A stretch of 64,000 bases of DNA, taken from NCBI GenBank assembly GCA_041665845.1, contig JBAYIC010000001.1:137531-201530 (forward strand), given 5' to 3'. The position numbers and the translations under genes are program-made. Positions 44,416 through 55,144 of this stretch are shown here, in pieces. Each line of letters opens with the position of its first letter. Positions within the stretch are counted from its first letter, which is position 1. The notes beneath the pieces were generated by a model. It searched no databases, was not told where the DNA came from, and saw only the letters and a program-made list of their open reading frames with translations. The stretch comes from Patescibacteria group bacterium (GTDB lineage: Bacteria > Patescibacteriota > Patescibacteriia > Patescibacteriales > UBA12465).

Positions 44416-45717
44416 CTATAAAATTTTTCCTTCGAACCCAAATTTTTCAATTTTTTCAATCTTCAAAGTAGCAAAAGTTCCAATTAAAGATTTATTTATT
44501 TTTTCAGATGGCTGGGCTAAGAACATTTTGTAAGCTCCGGTTTTGCCATAATATTTATTCCTTTTATTTACTCCTTCAATTAAAACTTTTTCTGAATTAC
44601 CAATGAGCTTTAAATTATTATCATGGGCGGTTCGTTTAAGGATTACATCCAATTCTTCTTCCCTATTTTTTTTATCTTCTGCGCTCACATTATCCGTCAT
44701 ATCATAAGAAACTGTACCAGGCCGCGGACTATACCGGGAAATATAAGCTAAATCAAATTTCATTTTTTTAAACAGTTTAACGGTATTTTGAAATTGTTTT
44801 TTAGTTTCACCGGGAAACCCAACAATAACATCGGTGGTAATCGCTATCTCCGGTCTCGCTTTTCTTAATTTTTCTACTACATAGGTAAAATGAGCAACTG
44901 TATATTTTCTATTCATAGCTATCAACATCTTATCATCGCCTGATTGCACGGCCAAATGAAGATGCGGACAAATTTTCTTATTCTTAGCAATTACTGATAT
45001 TAATTCAGCGCTAACATCTTTAGGGTGGCTAGAAGAAAAACGTATCCAAAAATCTCCAGGAAGATTACTGATTTCTTTTAATAAACCAGGAAAATTTATT
45101 TTTTTGTCATGATAACTATTAACATTTTGCGCAATTAAAATTATTTCTTTATAACCCTTAGCAATTAAATCTTTAACTTCTTTTATTATTTCCATTTTTG
45201 AGCGATAAACTTCTCGCCCTCTAGCATAAGGGACGACGCAATACGAACAAAAATTATTACAACCGTTACCAATCGGAACAAAAGCGCTAAATTTGCTCTG
45301 GTATTTAGGAATAATTGATAAATACTTTTCTCCTTGCAATAACCGAACTTCGTCTAAACTTAATCTGGTCTTTACTTCCCGTCCGGCTAACAAATCTAAA
45401 ATATTTGGTATCTCGTTAATCGGCATAAAAATATCAACTCTCTCAAATAATCTTTTTTTAACATCTTGTCGGCGGCTCAAACAACCGGTAACTACTACTT
45501 TAGAATTTTTATTATATTTCTTAATCTGATTAACTAGGCCATAGAGCCTATCTTCGGCTGATTGTCTAATTCCGCAGGTATTTATTATTATTAAGCCGGC
45601 CTTATTTAAATCAGTCTCTTCTTTAAAATTTTTACTTTCTAAAAAAGCAGCCAATCGTTCACTATCAGTCTTATTCATTTGGCAACCAATTGTTATAATA
45701 AAAAAAGATTTTTTCAT
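44416..45717 (-). CDS. miaB: tRNA (i6A37) methylthiotransferase
   Basis: The N-terminal cluster is GCQMN...TCGIR...GC. The radical-SAM motif is GCNNFCSYCVVPYARG. A TRAM-like C-terminus is present. Confidence 0.93.
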   Translation of the reverse strand: MKKSFFIITIGCQMNKTDSERLAAFLESKNFKEETDLNKAGLIIINTCGIRQSAEDRLYGLVNQIKKYNKNSKVVVTGCLSRRQDVKKRLFERVDIFMPINEIPNILDLLAGREVKTRLSLDEVRLLQGEKYLSIIPKYQSKFSAFVPIGNGCNNFCSYCVVPYARGREVYRSKMEIIKEVKDLIAKGYKEIILIAQNVNSYHDKKINFPGLLKEISNLPGDFWIRFSSSHPKDVSAELISVIAKNKKICPHLHLAVQSGDDKMLIAMNRKYTVAHFTYVVEKLRKARPEIAITTDVIVGFPGETKKQFQNTVKLFKKMKFDLAYISRYSPRPGTVSYDMTDNVSAEDKKNREEELDVILKRTAHDNNLKLIGNSEKVLIEGVNKRNKYYGKTGAYKMFLAQPSEKINKSLIGTFATLKIEKIEKFGFEGKIL

Positions 45718-47558
45718 ATTTTATCAAGTTTTTCTTCAATTTTATCAGCCGATCTTTCTAATTTATACAACCCAAAATTTCTATTAATTTTTTTAATCAG
45801 AGTTATCTTTAATTTATAAGGCGCTAATTTCCTTTCATTTAAATAATTAACATCCTGCTCATTAAGAAAAAAATTATAATAATAAACTGGGTAATACATA
45901 ACTAACTTAGAGGCGGCGGTTAATATTTCTTCGTTAGGAATTGTTCCCATTATTATTCTTCTGTCGGGGAAAAAGAATTTATCGTAATACTTTGTGATAA
46001 TAATTGCGCCTGGTTCAGTTAAACTAAAAACCAGTTGAGCGTTTTCTTTTTCCGCTAAATTATTATAGTACAAATAAGCAACTCCTTCTTCCGAACCGTA
46101 CATCACAAAAAATAAACTTGAAATAATTACACCAAAAACGATTACCGCCTGCACCCCGCTAATAATAATTCGGCGCCAACGCTGCCTTACCTCTCTGCCC
46201 GCTAACAGCAAGGCGTTGCTCACCCTCACAATCGCAAGTGAAGCAATCGGCATCATCATTAAATAAATCGGTAGCCAATATCTAGTATAGGAGTTACCGA
46301 TGGTAAACCGACTAGGATCAGGGTTATCGTTAAATTTCCAACTACCATAATAAAATATCAAAACCGAACTTAAAAAAATAAAGGCTAAGAAATAAGCTAA
46401 ATATTTTTTTTGTGTATTTCTAATATTTGAAACTAATAAAATTAAAAATCCGAGTAAAAAAGCAAAAGTTAAAATAGGAAACATTTCTGGAATATAATGT
46501 TTAGCCATAGTGATTGATTGCTCAGGATTAAAACCAAAATAAAAAACATTATGATAAATTGTTTCCAAGTATTTGCTATATTCTCCTCCTCCCTTAAGGA
46601 CTGATTGAATTATCGCCGAGCCAGTTTTAGATAAATCATCTATTGAACGATTCATTTCATTATAACCTCCATAAATAGGGGCTGAATATAAGATTTGGTT
46701 AAAATAAGCGTTTGGAATAAGACTAAGAAAAAATCCACAAAACACAAGAATAAACTTTATTATCCCTAATCGTTTAGCATAAAAAACCCAAACAATAAAA
46801 GCCGCCGGCGCTAACCAGATAATTTCAGAAGATCTAGTAATAAGCGCTAAACCAAAAAATAATCCGCTTAAAAAAGCGGCTAACATCTTAAACCAAACGG
46901 CTAAACCTAAACGAAATGATAAAAATTTACGGCTAACAGCGACTTTAACCGCCTCTTCAGATTTAATTAATTTATCTCCAGCCGCTAAAACTATCAGGTA
47001 AACTCCTAGCATGGCCAAAACAATAAACAATACATTATGGAACATGCTTCTCACAGAATAATAAATGTATACCGGGAAAAAGGCTAACAAAAATGAAGAA
47101 ATTAAAGCAACTCGAGAAGATATTATTTTTTTAATCAGTAGATAAAAAATAATAATTCCTAAAGCCGCAAAAAATGGGGTTAGATACGGAATAACAGCCG
47201 AACCAAAAATCGAACCGATACTCCCGTACATAAGTATTATTCCCAAGAAACTAACTGGTTTAAGCCAGCCAACATCACTCCTAACACTCCTCGGCATCAC
47301 CATATTATCGCCAATAATCGCCGCCGGATCGAACATGGCGATGTTCTCACCTTCACTATAACGCTTAGCAAAAAAATAATTTGCTGTTTCGTCGGGAGAA
47401 GACCATTTAATATAAGTATTTTCTTGGGTAAGATAGTTAAAACTAGAAGTCGAAATGAAAAAGACGGCTGCTAAGATAACAACAATTAATAGATTAAAAT
47501 GTGGTTTTAAGTTTATTTTCATCAATTTAATGTTAGCCTTAATTGCCAATTTTAGCAA
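45714..47558 (-). CDS. Large polytopic membrane protein, GT-C/ArnT/PMT-like glycosyltransferase candidate
   Basis: 614 aa with about 12 TM helices plus a C-terminal soluble domain. The early SPDETANYFFAKRY loop resembles the acidic first loop of GT-C enzymes. An alternative start lies at 47522. Confidence 0.6.
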   Translation of the reverse strand: MLKLAIKANIKLMKINLKPHFNLLIVVILAAVFFISTSSFNYLTQENTYIKWSSPDETANYFFAKRYSEGENIAMFDPAAIIGDNMVMPRSVRSDVGWLKPVSFLGIILMYGSIGSIFGSAVIPYLTPFFAALGIIIFYLLIKKIISSRVALISSFLLAFFPVYIYYSVRSMFHNVLFIVLAMLGVYLIVLAAGDKLIKSEEAVKVAVSRKFLSFRLGLAVWFKMLAAFLSGLFFGLALITRSSEIIWLAPAAFIVWVFYAKRLGIIKFILVFCGFFLSLIPNAYFNQILYSAPIYGGYNEMNRSIDDLSKTGSAIIQSVLKGGGEYSKYLETIYHNVFYFGFNPEQSITMAKHYIPEMFPILTFAFLLGFLILLVSNIRNTQKKYLAYFLAFIFLSSVLIFYYGSWKFNDNPDPSRFTIGNSYTRYWLPIYLMMMPIASLAIVRVSNALLLAGREVRQRWRRIIISGVQAVIVFGVIISSLFFVMYGSEEGVAYLYYNNLAEKENAQLVFSLTEPGAIIITKYYDKFFFPDRRIIMGTIPNEEILTAASKLVMYYPVYYYNFFLNEQDVNYLNERKLAPYKLKITLIKKINRNFGLYKLERSADKIEEKLDKI

Positions 47559-47584
47559 GAATTTGCTATGATTATAGTAAATAT

Positions 47585-49576
47585 ATGAAAATTCAGTTAA
47601 TAGCGGAAATAATTACAAAATTGTTCAAGAATAGTACTATTTTTATTAGTCTTTTAATAATATTTAGTGCTCTTATTTATTATTTTTACGCCCTAAACCT
47701 AATTGGGGTCATTTTATCAATTATTTTATCAATTATTAGCCTAATTATTTTAAATAAATATCGGCTTTTATCGAGCGAAGAAGAAACAAACGTTTTATCA
47801 TTAACGTTCCCGAAAAGGGTTTCAAGCCAAAGTTGGATAATTACTATAAGCTACATCATTCTGCTACTCATCACCGAGTCTCAGCTTATAATGGCTAGTA
47901 GCGATCAAGCCTTTATCTCTCCTTGGGAAATGGTAGATAAACTATTCTTTTTATTTTATATCCTCAGTTCCCTAGTCTTAATCGCGGCTGTCTACCAAAA
48001 AGATTTAAACAAAACAACTAAACTAATGTTAATCGGCGGCCATTATTTTGTAAGTTTATCGGTTGCAGTTATAGTTTATAAGATTAGCTACGGATTTGAT
48101 CCTTTTATTCACCAAGCGGCTTTAGAGGTAATCGATAAAAATGGATTTATCTTTCCAAAAACTCCTTATTATCTAGGCGAGTATGGATTAATTATTAGCC
48201 TTCATAAATTACTAAATATCTCGATTGAATTTTTAAACAAGTTTTTAGTTCCCATTTCCGCCGCCCTGCTACTACCAGGTATAATATTTAAATTTCTAGA
48301 TTTACAGCAAATAAAAAAGGATTCGAATTATTGGCTATCATTTTTAGAGACAATATTTATTTTAGTTTTTAGTTTCCCTCTATTTATTATTAGCACTCCA
48401 CAAAATTTAAGTTATCTATTTATCATCCTAGCAATTATCAGTGGCCTAACAGATAAAAAACCAACTAGGGCCATAATTTTTTCAGTCGCCACGGCCTCTA
48501 TCCATCCTATATCTGGTATTCCGGCAATAATTTGGAGTATTTGGCTGATTGTACAATATTATCGTAAACGTCTAAAAGTACAAATGAAAAAAATAATTTC
48601 TATTATTATTGCTGTTAGTAGCGCCTTATTTCTTCCGCTCACGCTCCTTTTTATTAGCGGTGAAAAAATAAATAGCTTTCATTTAAGTTTTAGCGCTTTG
48701 AGCAATCAAATCAAAGGAATATCTATCTTATCGTTAGCGGGAAGTGAAAATTGGTTATTGAATTTAACTTATTTAATTTTTTGGGGTAATAAATTTATAT
48801 TAATCATCTTGATTATTACGGGAGTAATTTTATTTTATAAAAAATATCAAAAAAATTTAACTGAAAGTCAAACAGGTATTTGGAAAGGACTTCTTGTTAT
48901 CGGGACTTCATTAATTTTTGCTTTTTTACTTAGCGGTCAAATTTCTTTTAAACAACTTATCACTTATGAACAAGCTGATTATACTAACCGTCTAATAATT
49001 ATTATCGTGATATTCTTTATGCCTTTCATCGGCTTAACAATTAAGGAATTAATAAAAAAAATTATCACCACTGAGGAGGGAGTGATAAAATTTATTTGGT
49101 TAATCTTAGGGATTATTTTTTTAGCAACCTCTTTATATTTAGCCTACCCTCGTTTTGATAGATATTTTAATTCCCGAGGTTATAGTACGGGCCGCTTAGA
49201 TTTGGAGGCCGTTCAAAAAATCGATAAACAAACTAAACAAAATTATGTTGTTCTCGCTAACCAACAAGTATCGGCAGCGGCCTTAAAACTTTTAGGGTTC
49301 AATCATTATTATGAAAGTAGCTATGGACTGATATATTTTTACCCAATTCCAACTGGCGGGATTTTATATCAATACTATTTAGATTCCGTATACAAAACTC
49401 CAAGCCGTGAAACGATGCTGAGGGCGATGGATTTAGCCGGAGTTGACGAGGCCTACCTAATAATAAATAAATATTGGAATAACAGCAGTAAAATAATTGA
49501 AGCTGCGAAACTTTCGGCTGATAGCTGGGAAATGCTAGGTAAAGAAGAAATTTTTATCTTTAAATATAAACGCTAA
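47585..49576 (+). CDS. Large polytopic membrane protein with a C-terminal soluble domain, unknown function
   Basis: About 660 aa with 14 or more hydrophobic helices. The start is taken at MKIQL (47585), because the track start at 47543 overlaps the divergent neighbour. Confidence 0.7.
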   Translation: MKIQLIAEIITKLFKNSTIFISLLIIFSALIYYFYALNLIGVILSIILSIISLIILNKYRLLSSEEETNVLSLTFPKRVSSQSWIITISYIILLLITESQLIMASSDQAFISPWEMVDKLFFLFYILSSLVLIAAVYQKDLNKTTKLMLIGGHYFVSLSVAVIVYKISYGFDPFIHQAALEVIDKNGFIFPKTPYYLGEYGLIISLHKLLNISIEFLNKFLVPISAALLLPGIIFKFLDLQQIKKDSNYWLSFLETIFILVFSFPLFIISTPQNLSYLFIILAIISGLTDKKPTRAIIFSVATASIHPISGIPAIIWSIWLIVQYYRKRLKVQMKKIISIIIAVSSALFLPLTLLFISGEKINSFHLSFSALSNQIKGISILSLAGSENWLLNLTYLIFWGNKFILIILIITGVILFYKKYQKNLTESQTGIWKGLLVIGTSLIFAFLLSGQISFKQLITYEQADYTNRLIIIIVIFFMPFIGLTIKELIKKIITTEEGVIKFIWLILGIIFLATSLYLAYPRFDRYFNSRGYSTGRLDLEAVQKIDKQTKQNYVVLANQQVSAAALKLLGFNHYYESSYGLIYFYPIPTGGILYQYYLDSVYKTPSRETMLRAMDLAGVDEAYLIINKYWNNSSKIIEAAKLSADSWEMLGKEEIFIFKYKR

Positions 49577-49625
49577 AATATAAATCGGCAGCAAAATAGG
49601 CGTCCGACTGCATCATCGATTACTT

Positions 49626-51980
49626 CTACCTACTTTCTTGGTAATCCCAAATTGGACCAACAGAAATTACTTTATTCCCCTTAAACTGATGGACGACCAA
49701 CAAAAGTTTTAAATTACCGATATTTTCTTTGAGCAAAAGCTTAGTTTTAGTTGAAGGAATTGTAAGGATTTTAGTTTTTTCTTCTTTTTGATTAATTGAA
49801 AATTTTCTAGCAAAATCAGTAATCGCCTCGCTATCCTTTTCATTTAAAGGCTCTGAAACTAATTCTTTTTTAATTATATCTCTTAGAATTTTCAAATCAC
49901 TATCGATTGATTGGATATTTTGTGAAGCTAGGTTTAATTCTTCGTTAAGTCTCAGCGCCGTAAACATTTGCGCAAGCATGTTATTTGTTGCAATCAACTC
50001 ATTAACTAATGGTAAATTAGGCTCAATATAAACATTCTCATTATACCGAGAATAATTATTTAGACTTTGCCCTTTAAAAACAGGGGTTAAAGAAAATTTA
50101 TCTACAGGAAGTTGAAGACTTATCCAGGCGGAAATAGCCGTTTTAAGATTCTTTTGCTTCCATTCTTCAGATTTAGCAAAAACTGGGACTTTTTCCGGGT
50201 CTGTTTTTAAAATAGTTTCCATTAAACTAAAGGTTGACCAATAGTTAGAGGTATGCCAAAGACCGTCACGATTAAGTTGTTCAATTAGTTTAGTCGAGAC
50301 TTGTTTATAATTTGCGTATTGAGTATTTTTCTCAAAAAAAGTATTTCCCTCCATCGGTTCTACTAAATTAGCAATATCCAAAGAGAATCCATTACAGCGA
50401 GAAACAACTTTTTTAATTTCGCAGGCAGTAATATCATTAACTTTTGTAGATGTCCCTTGATAGCTACCAACGGCCGGCGAAGTTAAACTATCAAACAGAT
50501 ATTCATTCGGCCAATATGACTCCGTTAGCATTTTGAAACCGATTAATTTTTTCATGTTCTTATCGGTTTTATTAATTGCTCCTCGTATAGGAGAATATTC
50601 ATATTTTTCTAAATCAGCTTTCAATTTTTCCAAATTATTCTTTGCTTCCTTGTTTTTATCATCAAAAATATTTTCGATATTATACTCTTTACCAAAAACC
50701 TTTACTAAAGAATCGCGATAATCAATGTAATCCAGTTCGTCCCTAAGACCCTTAAAAAAAGACATTAATTTATAAATTCTTGCCCAACGATTTTTTAAAT
50801 CAGGGCGACTAGAAAAATCCGTAGCAATGAAGCTAGAGGCAATCATGCTTAAGCGCCAGTCTTCTTTATCCAACAAACAATCAGGACAGGCATCACTTTT
50901 ATATTCAAGCGGAAAAACCGAATTAAGCCATTTAGCCGCTAAATAAAAATTATTTAACTTAGCATCTTCTTTATATTCTTTAGGGACAATAAACTCAGCA
51001 TAGTTCCTTTGATAAAGTAAATTTGGAGATTTAACATTACCCTTGCCGGCTTTTATCAATGCTACTTCTCGGGCAACATCGTCTTTTAAATAAGGCGGAA
51101 CGGTTAAATGAAATTTCTCGACGTCAACGTCGTTAAACTTGCTAATGTTATCAATCGCCGTTGAAGAAACTTGGTCAGGAGTAGGTTTTAAGAGCTCTAA
51201 TGAAACTGCAAAGAAAGCCATCTCTAAACGTTGGCCCTCTAAAATTGAATCATTTACTTCACCAATAGCCGCTAATCTACTTTCATAACGATTTTTAGCA
51301 AGGGTATAAAGTTCTTTATTTATCAACCAAAGATTATCATAAAAAATATTAGCTTCGATATCTTTAAATACCTTTTTAGTCATGTTCTGATAATAATAAG
51401 TAATAAAATCGGAGGTAATTAAGAAAGGTATTTGTTTTTCTTCTAGCCGGGCATAGATTGAGTAAAAATCAGTAATTTCATTTTGCCAGGGGTTGTTGAT
51501 AATTGTAAATCCCCGACTGTTAAGATCAGAAATTCCTGATTCTAAGTTTAATTTGCGGGAAAGATCATAATAATTCATCCCATCCAACTTAATATTTAAA
51601 GGTAAATCATAATTATCAAGACTAACTGTAAAATTATTATTGGGCGGTTGATAAAATTCGGTAAAAGATAGGTACTCAACGGCTAAATCAGAGATAGTCG
51701 TGGTTGCTGAAGTAGATGAAGCTTCTTGGGGAACTTCTAGATTAGGAAGAATGATTTGAATGTTTTCTTCAACTTTATTTTCCGCAACGACTGGACGCTG
51801 TTGCCTATTGCTGATATATTTTTTAAAGCCAAAAAACACCGCTAAAACAAAAACTACAATCGCTAAAATTAACGATATTGTTAAAATGATTTTTTTTATC
51901 GGTTTTTTCATCGGGAAATTCGGTTCAACATATTCTTGTTCTTGTTCAGACGATAAAACCGTCGGCTGCTCTGAAAACAT
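49626..51980 (-). CDS. Membrane-anchored large extracytoplasmic protein, unknown function
   Basis: 784 aa with a single N-terminal TM helix followed by a long soluble region. No motif could be named with confidence. Confidence 0.75.
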   Translation of the reverse strand: MFSEQPTVLSSEQEQEYVEPNFPMKKPIKKIILTISLILAIVVFVLAVFFGFKKYISNRQQRPVVAENKVEENIQIILPNLEVPQEASSTSATTTISDLAVEYLSFTEFYQPPNNNFTVSLDNYDLPLNIKLDGMNYYDLSRKLNLESGISDLNSRGFTIINNPWQNEITDFYSIYARLEEKQIPFLITSDFITYYYQNMTKKVFKDIEANIFYDNLWLINKELYTLAKNRYESRLAAIGEVNDSILEGQRLEMAFFAVSLELLKPTPDQVSSTAIDNISKFNDVDVEKFHLTVPPYLKDDVAREVALIKAGKGNVKSPNLLYQRNYAEFIVPKEYKEDAKLNNFYLAAKWLNSVFPLEYKSDACPDCLLDKEDWRLSMIASSFIATDFSSRPDLKNRWARIYKLMSFFKGLRDELDYIDYRDSLVKVFGKEYNIENIFDDKNKEAKNNLEKLKADLEKYEYSPIRGAINKTDKNMKKLIGFKMLTESYWPNEYLFDSLTSPAVGSYQGTSTKVNDITACEIKKVVSRCNGFSLDIANLVEPMEGNTFFEKNTQYANYKQVSTKLIEQLNRDGLWHTSNYWSTFSLMETILKTDPEKVPVFAKSEEWKQKNLKTAISAWISLQLPVDKFSLTPVFKGQSLNNYSRYNENVYIEPNLPLVNELIATNNMLAQMFTALRLNEELNLASQNIQSIDSDLKILRDIIKKELVSEPLNEKDSEAITDFARKFSINQKEEKTKILTIPSTKTKLLLKENIGNLKLLLVVHQFKGNKVISVGPIWDYQESR

Positions 51981-51984
51981 AAAT

Positions 51985-52920
51985 TTATTTCAAATATTTA
52001 TATTTGTTTTTTAAATGCTCTTCATAAGTTCTAGCATAATAAATATTTTCACCGTCTAAGCTAGTTAAGAAATAATTATAGTCCGTCTTAATTGGATAAA
52101 TTGCCGCTTCGATTGCCTTAATCCCCGGATTACAAATTGGAGTTGGGGGTAAACCGCGATATTTATAACTATTATATGGGGAATCGATTTCTAAATCGCT
52201 CCCAGAATGACTAGCGTTTTTATCATTTAACAAATACGATAAGGTCGCATCAGATTGCAAGGCCTGGTTGCTTTTAATCCTTCCCCAAAAAATATCTGAT
52301 ACTATCCTAGCACTACGGTTATCTTGATCGTTATAATCTATCGGTGCTTCTTTTTCAATCAAAGAAGCCATAATAATTATTTCATAAATTGTTTTCCCTT
52401 GCGAAATAATATCTTGGCGCATTTTATCGGTCAGCTTTTTATCAAAATTTTCTAACATCTTAACAACAATATCTTTGGCACTAGCATCAGTATAAATTCG
52501 ATAGGTATCGGGGAATAAATAGCCTTCTAAGCTATAGTAATTTGGCTTATCTTTTAAAAAAGAAAATTGATTTGAGAAATCATATGGTAATTCTAAATTA
52601 TCGTTACGACGATAATCTATTTTTGATTGACCATATGTTTTCTCTAGAGTCTCTTTGCTCCATTTTCCGGTAGAAATAAGGTACTTATTTACATCATCCA
52701 ATGTCCAGCCTTCTAGAATTTTAATAGTTTCTTCTGGTCTATAACTTATAGTGCTTGGTTTTTGACGGCCCTCTCTTCGGTCGATTAATTTTTCGATAAA
52801 GGATGGAAAATATTGTTTATTGTTTTTAATGAAACCCCTATAAATTGTACGACTAAAAAATAAACCGATAACAAGAACGGCTAGAATAATAATTACTATT
52901 GGTTTTAAAAATCTAGCCAT
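51985..52920 (-). CDS. mltG: Endolytic murein transglycosylase MltG (YceG-like)
   Basis: N-terminal TM helix, SLIEKEA and YRGLPPTPICNPGIKAIEAAIYP. Confidence 0.92.
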   Translation of the reverse strand: MARFLKPIVIIILAVLVIGLFFSRTIYRGFIKNNKQYFPSFIEKLIDRREGRQKPSTISYRPEETIKILEGWTLDDVNKYLISTGKWSKETLEKTYGQSKIDYRRNDNLELPYDFSNQFSFLKDKPNYYSLEGYLFPDTYRIYTDASAKDIVVKMLENFDKKLTDKMRQDIISQGKTIYEIIIMASLIEKEAPIDYNDQDNRSARIVSDIFWGRIKSNQALQSDATLSYLLNDKNASHSGSDLEIDSPYNSYKYRGLPPTPICNPGIKAIEAAIYPIKTDYNYFLTSLDGENIYYARTYEEHLKNKYKYLK

Positions 52921-52923
52921 AAT

Positions 52924-53436
52924 TTATTTTTTCTTTTTCTTTTTACCCTCAGACTCATTTTCTATTTTTAAAGCGGCCGCGCGAGCAATCATTTCTGAAC
53001 TAGCTCTAATTTTTTTACCCAAGCCATCAACCATTTTAATCCCAAGCTTTTGACAAATTGGATATTCAGGAACATTAATAATGCTATGGCGATCGCCGCC
53101 ATTAGCAAAAATATCCGGATGAACTTTAGCTAACGATTTTATGCACGGTATTTCCCCATTATCAAGTCTATAATCATCAATCGCCAAGAAAACTTCATCA
53201 ACATCGCGTAAAGCGGCGATAATTCTCATACGATCTTTTTCCGGCATGAAAGGTACTCTGTTTTTTAGCTTAACCTGCTTATCATTATTAATAATAACAA
53301 CTAGCTTATCGCCTAATTTCTTAGCTTTTTCAATCATATCCAAATGGCCAACATGAAGTGGATTAAAAAAACCAGAAACAGCAACTATAATTGGTTTTTT
53401 AGAGATTTTTTTATTTTTTTTTATAACTTTTGACAT
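52924..53436 (-). CDS. Cytidylyltransferase-like nucleotidyltransferase (HxGH family)
   Basis: VAVSGFFNPLHVGHLDMIEKAKKLGD. The size is ~170 aa. Confidence 0.8.
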   Translation of the reverse strand: MSKVIKKNKKISKKPIIVAVSGFFNPLHVGHLDMIEKAKKLGDKLVVIINNDKQVKLKNRVPFMPEKDRMRIIAALRDVDEVFLAIDDYRLDNGEIPCIKSLAKVHPDIFANGGDRHSIINVPEYPICQKLGIKMVDGLGKKIRASSEMIARAAALKIENESEGKKKKKK

Positions 53437-53581
53437 AATAATATAGTATTAATTGATTACCTATATTATAGCAAAATTACTGATAAAATAAAAACGAGAA
53501 TATTGATGAATTAGCAATTTTATGTCAATATATCGTATAAATTATTTTTATAGTAAAATAATAAGGTAATAGATAAAGATT

Positions 53582-54382
53582 ATGAATATTTTTCAAAGCT
53601 TAATTTTAGGAGTAATTGAAGGATTAACAGAATTTCTTCCGATTTCTTCAACTGCCCATTTAATTATTTCCGCTAAATGGCTTAAAATCCCCGATTCAAC
53701 TTTTCTAACTAGCTTTCTAATTTCTATCCAATTAGGAGCGATTCTCTCAGTCGCAGTTTTGTATGCTAAAAAGATTATTAAAACGCCTAGTTTGATTTTT
53801 AAAATTGCCGCCGCTTTTATTCCAACGGCAATTATCGGTTTAGCCTTATATAAGATTGTAAAAAATTATTTAATGGAGAGCCTCCCTCTCATTGCCGGCG
53901 CACTTATTGTCGGCGGGATAATCTTAATCATCTTAGAAAAGTATTTTTCTAATAAAAAAACCTCTGCAAAAGGCGTTATTCAACAACCTAATTATACCGA
54001 ACTAAATGCTATTTCTTATCGCCAAGCCGCTTTAATCGGCATTTTTCAATCCCTAGCTATTGTTCCCGGAGTTTCTCGTTCAGCTGCAACTATCATGGGC
54101 GGTCTTTCACTCGGTATCTCTAGAAAAAATATAATCGAATTTTCCTTCTTACTAGCCATGCCCACTATGTTAGCGGCAACCGTTTTTGATTTATATAAAA
54201 CACCGCCGATTTTAAACGGTCAAGAAATTATTGTTTGGGGAGTTGGGTTTATTACTGCTTTTATTACGGCAATAATCGGAATAAAATTCTTTCTTAAATT
54301 TATTCAAAAGAATAATTTTGTTCCATTCGGCTGGTATAGAATAATCTTGGGGATAATATTACTAGCCTGGTTATATATTTAA
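53582..54382 (+). CDS. uppP: Undecaprenyl-diphosphate phosphatase
   Basis: GVIEGLTEFLPISSTAHL and PGVSRSAATI. Confidence 0.95.
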   Translation: MNIFQSLILGVIEGLTEFLPISSTAHLIISAKWLKIPDSTFLTSFLISIQLGAILSVAVLYAKKIIKTPSLIFKIAAAFIPTAIIGLALYKIVKNYLMESLPLIAGALIVGGIILIILEKYFSNKKTSAKGVIQQPNYTELNAISYRQAALIGIFQSLAIVPGVSRSAATIMGGLSLGISRKNIIEFSFLLAMPTMLAATVFDLYKTPPILNGQEIIVWGVGFITAFITAIIGIKFFLKFIQKNNFVPFGWYRIILGIILLAWLYI

Positions 54383-55140
54383 CTGAAATCAAGCATCAAG
54401 GGCAAATGATCGGAAACATCATCTTGAAAAACTTTAAAATCTACTACGTTGATATTAGTCGATACTAAAATGTAATCAGCAAATCTTGGTCCATTTTGAT
54501 AGAACTTACTGCGCGTAGATTGAATATTATATTCTTTTACCAAGTTCTTCATTCCCTGCTCCAATATTTCAATACTCTTGCCATCCGGCAATAAATTAAA
54601 ATCTCCACAAATAATTTGCCTCCCCTTTTTCGTAGCTAAAAAGTCTTTTATTTTTTTAGATTGGACAAGCCTCTCTGGAGTATCCAATTTTTTTGTATCT
54701 TTTTGCCAAAGTCCATGAAGATTAGCGATAGTCATCACTTCATCATTAATTTCTAAATCAATCCATTGCAGATTGCCCGTTATTTTACCTCCAGCATCAG
54801 TATTATACGGAATTTCATCATAGCAAAGGAAACCACCTCCATCTTTTACTTTAATACCCTTTCTAACAAAAATAGCTTGACCGCCCGCAAATTCTATCGG
54901 TTCATGTTCAAAATGCTTAGTTGGAGAAATATGTTTATAAGCAGTAAACTCGGGAAGCAACAAAGATATTTCATCAAACAGATTTTCCCTCGCTCGAGCT
55001 ACTGGAGTAACTTGAGGATGACTACCAAAAAGCATCTCTTGAAAACAAAAAACATCAGTTTCTTCGGCATGACTAATAATAAATTCAATTAGTGGTTCAT
55101 AAACGACGCCACCCCAAAGATTTAAAGTAATTAGTTTCAT
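54379..55140 (-). CDS. Endonuclease/exonuclease/phosphatase (EEP) family protein
   Basis: LITLNLWGG, FCFQEM, GDFN and SDHLPL. The start is taken at MKLITL (55140), because the track start at 55167 overlaps the upstream gene. Confidence 0.85.
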   Translation of the reverse strand: MKLITLNLWGGVVYEPLIEFIISHAEETDVFCFQEMLFGSHPQVTPVARARENLFDEISLLLPEFTAYKHISPTKHFEHEPIEFAGGQAIFVRKGIKVKDGGGFLCYDEIPYNTDAGGKITGNLQWIDLEINDEVMTIANLHGLWQKDTKKLDTPERLVQSKKIKDFLATKKGRQIICGDFNLLPDGKSIEILEQGMKNLVKEYNIQSTRSKFYQNGPRFADYILVSTNINVVDFKVFQDDVSDHLPLMLDFS

Positions 55141-55144
55141 ATTA

